This document shows, one piece after another, positions 61,571 through 64,000 of a DNA stretch of 64,000 nucleotides. The translations under genes and the position numbers were made by a program. Origin of the DNA: Candidatus Giovannonibacteria bacterium (GTDB lineage Bacteria; Patescibacteriota; Minisyncoccia; JACPKW01; UBA11713); assembly GCA_016186825.1 (NCBI GenBank), contig JACPKW010000005.1:2025-66024 (forward strand). The letters run 5' to 3'. The notes under the pieces are model-generated. The model was not told where the DNA came from. It saw only the letters and a program-made list of their open reading frames with translations, and did no database searches. Each line of letters starts with the position of its first letter. The stretch's first letter is position 1.

Positions 61571-62161
61571 TTAACTCATTTTAATCAAAAAACTTTTAAA
61601 CTCATCCATTTTTGTGGGATTTAATTTGGCGTCCAGAAGTTTAAGCTTCAATTCTGCATCATAAAAATCTTCTGTGAAAATTAAATTAATAAATTCTTCA
61701 AATGAGAATTCTTTTATTTCAATTTTTTCTCCCGCTTCCAACTTTTGCTCCTGAACTTTTCGGCACTTCCTTGCAATATACGTATAAATTGCCCATTCAA
61801 TTTTGCTCATGGGCTGGATAGAATCAAAGAGTTCCCATTCTTCTGAAATATATCCAGACTCCTCCAACAATTCGCGCTTTGCCGCCTTAAGCGGGCTCTC
61901 GCCCTCATCTACCATCCCTCCAAAAAGACCAAAATTAATCATTTTCTTCCCCGGTTGTTCCTGGCGGCTGACTAAAATATTTCCATTCTCAAGTACAGGA
62001 ATAATAACAACCGTATCGGGACGCTTTAATTTTTCGAAAATGGCTTTTGAGCCATCGAAAAGTTCCTGTTCCCATTGGTAAACATCAAAAATAATTCCCT
62101 TAAAAACTCGCTTTGCATTTTCTGGAAGCGGCTGTTTCGACTCCGGACGTTTTATTTCCAT
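61571..62161 (-). CDS. NUDIX hydrolase
   Basis: Nudix box GGMVDEGESPLKAAKRELLEESG. Confidence 0.85.
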   Translation of the reverse strand: MEIKRPESKQPLPENAKRVFKGIIFDVYQWEQELFDGSKAIFEKLKRPDTVVIIPVLENGNILVSRQEQPGKKMINFGLFGGMVDEGESPLKAAKRELLEESGYISEEWELFDSIQPMSKIEWAIYTYIARKCRKVQEQKLEAGEKIEIKEFSFEEFINLIFTEDFYDAELKLKLLDAKLNPTKMDEFKSFLIKMS

Positions 62162-62320
62162 AATTAAAATGTAAATGATTATTCCCTAAAAATGAATGAG
62201 CGGCCAACTCGATGCTCCATATAATCTCCCCTCTCGGCTTATGCTCATCAAGTATTTTTAGCAATCTTTCAGCCGCAATTTCAGAAAAAAGAGCTAACTT
62301 ACGCTTCTCATCTTTTGCAC

Positions 62321-62623
62321 TTATTTTTTCCGGAAACTCCAATGGCGATGTTCGATATAAACGATCCTCCACCAGCACCTTCCGAGCAAGTAACCGCCGA
62401 TCAATCCCGCCGCGAGCAATAGCGCCTGAAGCCAAAGAGGCAACACACAGTAACCAAAACCGAACGCTGTTTGATTTTCAAGCTGAATCCCGTTCGAAAG
62501 CGCGTATTTTATGTAAAAAATTTCAATAACCGCGTGCGCAATGAAGCTCAACAATAATCCGAGCAAGGTTGAAGCAATTAAATAAATTGTTCTTTTCATT
62601 TTAATCCGTGAGTTCCTGCGCAA
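62321..62623 (-). CDS. hypothetical small membrane protein
   Basis: 100 aa, two TM. Overlaps an alternative-frame ORF (62100-62435), so uncertain. Confidence 0.3.
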   Translation of the reverse strand: MRRNSRIKMKRTIYLIASTLLGLLLSFIAHAVIEIFYIKYALSNGIQLENQTAFGFGYCVLPLWLQALLLAAGLIGGYLLGRCWWRIVYIEHRHWSFRKK

Positions 62624-63329
62624 TTCTAAGCATACCTACGGAATCAAGATTAATTCGCTTTTGAAGCCAGTTACAGCGATAACAATTTTCTTTGAATCCT
62701 AAATAAGGCCCGTTCAAAAGCACAATAATTTCTTTAATTTTTTTCTGAAACCCCTCGAGATCGATTGCAACTTCATCCGGATGAAACAAGAGTTTCATCG
62801 AAAGCGAGGGATCTTTCCTATCCTTTGTATAGTAGTGGAGCAGATAAGCCTTGTTCGCCACTTTGTAACCTTTCTTCAGAAACATATACGCATAAGCCGC
62901 GAGTTGGAGACGATAATATTTTTGCTTATCGTCTTTTGGCGGATCGCCGGATGATTTGTAGTCCGCGATAACGAACTCTTCTTTGTCGTTTACAAAAAGC
63001 TCGTCAATTTTCCCTTCGAGCATGTAACCCAATTTAGGATCTATACATTGAAGCGCAGTCTTGTTGTTACGCCATTCTTCCAATTGTTTTAAATCGGGAA
63101 ATAATTTTATTCCTTTTATTCTCTTAGCGAGCTCCGGCGGTAAGTCTCCAGCTTTTCGAAATTTGTCGTAGCGGCTTTTCAAGCGCGAGTCCATCGCGTC
63201 GTTCAATCGAAGCGGCAAAGTGAAAGGATGCCTTCCAATATTGTTTTCAGCCCAAAAACAAGCCTTGCAATCCTCAAAGCTATAGAGCCCACTCGGGCTC
63301 AATTTCCATAATCCTTCGCGCGACTTCAT
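62601..63329 (-). CDS. PD-(D/E)XK nuclease, Cas4/RecB-like with Cys cluster
   Basis: EGKIDELF...IADYKSSG...YRLQLAAYAYMF (D-E-K motifs). N-terminal CKAC and C-terminal CYRC. Confidence 0.55.
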   Translation of the reverse strand: MKSREGLWKLSPSGLYSFEDCKACFWAENNIGRHPFTLPLRLNDAMDSRLKSRYDKFRKAGDLPPELAKRIKGIKLFPDLKQLEEWRNNKTALQCIDPKLGYMLEGKIDELFVNDKEEFVIADYKSSGDPPKDDKQKYYRLQLAAYAYMFLKKGYKVANKAYLLHYYTKDRKDPSLSMKLLFHPDEVAIDLEGFQKKIKEIIVLLNGPYLGFKENCYRCNWLQKRINLDSVGMLRIAQELTD

Positions 63330-63448
63330 CCTTAGGATTATCCCACCAATTTCAGAAATTAAGAGTGGACTACATTTAAGACGGGCGCCGCCTTTTGGGC
63401 GAAACGCCTGTTTTTCTCAGTTAACAGCCGCATGTTTTTTGTTCCATA

Positions 63449-63832
63449 TTAGCGCTTCCAAATTTTGTCCTCGGGACCAAAGTCAAGTTGGTATTCTGGG
63501 ATGCCAAGCGAAAGGCCGTACTCTTTCGCTTTTTTATAGACCTCGGGATTACCCAAATCCACCCGAAACTTTTTCCCTCGATAAATGATAAAATGGTATT
63601 TTTCATTTTTAAAATCCGCATACCACGCATCTTCGAGACTTTGGCAGATCTTCTCTGCAATTTCTTCAGCCTTATTTTCTGGAATCTCAAATGTATGCAA
63701 TGTCCATTGCTTAAGATGCGGCGTATGATGCGCTTCAGTTACAGCCTCGACTTTTGTATCCAAAATTGACATCTTTTTCAAGACATCCTTATTTTCCAAA
63801 CTTTCTTCAATTACTACCCCCCTATAATTCAT
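63449..63832 (-). CDS. hypothetical protein
   Basis: 127 aa, acidic. Confidence 0.35.
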   Translation of the reverse strand: MNYRGVVIEESLENKDVLKKMSILDTKVEAVTEAHHTPHLKQWTLHTFEIPENKAEEIAEKICQSLEDAWYADFKNEKYHFIIYRGKKFRVDLGNPEVYKKAKEYGLSLGIPEYQLDFGPEDKIWKR

Positions 63833-64000
63833 AATATTTTAAACACTTTTAATCATTCTAATATTCTTGATTCTCCGGCCCCGGACTCATCGCGCCAAGC
63901 AGATGAATCAAAGCTACAGTCAAAAATTCGGGAATGTATTCCATAAATAAATTTTATTTATAAACTAAAAAATCGTCGAGACCGGCTTGGTTTAAGTCCC

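Noticed and set aside
62100-62435. 111-aa minus-strand ORF overlapping both the NUDIX start and the 62321-62623 ORF
   Set aside because: Mutually exclusive with the membrane-protein ORF. Neither could be confirmed, and only one is listed at low confidence.

Overview
AT-rich, gene-dense bacterial chromosome segment with compact genes and weak or absent SD sites, consistent with a reduced Patescibacteria/CPR-like genome. Almost everything is on the minus strand. Main content (all calls by eye from the translations and raw sequence; no searches run):
- A conjugation/T4SS-type P-loop ATPase operon at the window start.
- An rRNA operon (23S-5S-tRNA-like; no 16S in the window) whose 23S gene carries two LAGLIDADG homing-endonuclease introns, a helix-45 intervening sequence with its own ORF, and several AT-rich expansion inserts.
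- A sugar-utilisation cluster (GH1, ROK kinase, GH5-like hydrolase, DMT transporter).
- Ribosomal proteins L10/L12, rRNA/tRNA modification enzymes, a complete F1Fo ATP synthase operon, a MacAB-like efflux system, and an ECF sigma/anti-sigma pair.
- Two LexA-like repressors, one coupled to a Y-family DNA polymerase.
- Accessory islands of higher GC. The standout is a stand-alone reverse transcriptase with all RT motifs (QGxxxSP, FCDD), preceded by a promoter-driven, GC-rich, highly structured ~300-nt non-coding region. This is a retron- or DRT-like retroelement candidate.
- A BcgI-like Type IIB restriction-modification module, translationally coupled to a LexA-like repressor and an embedded unknown ORF.
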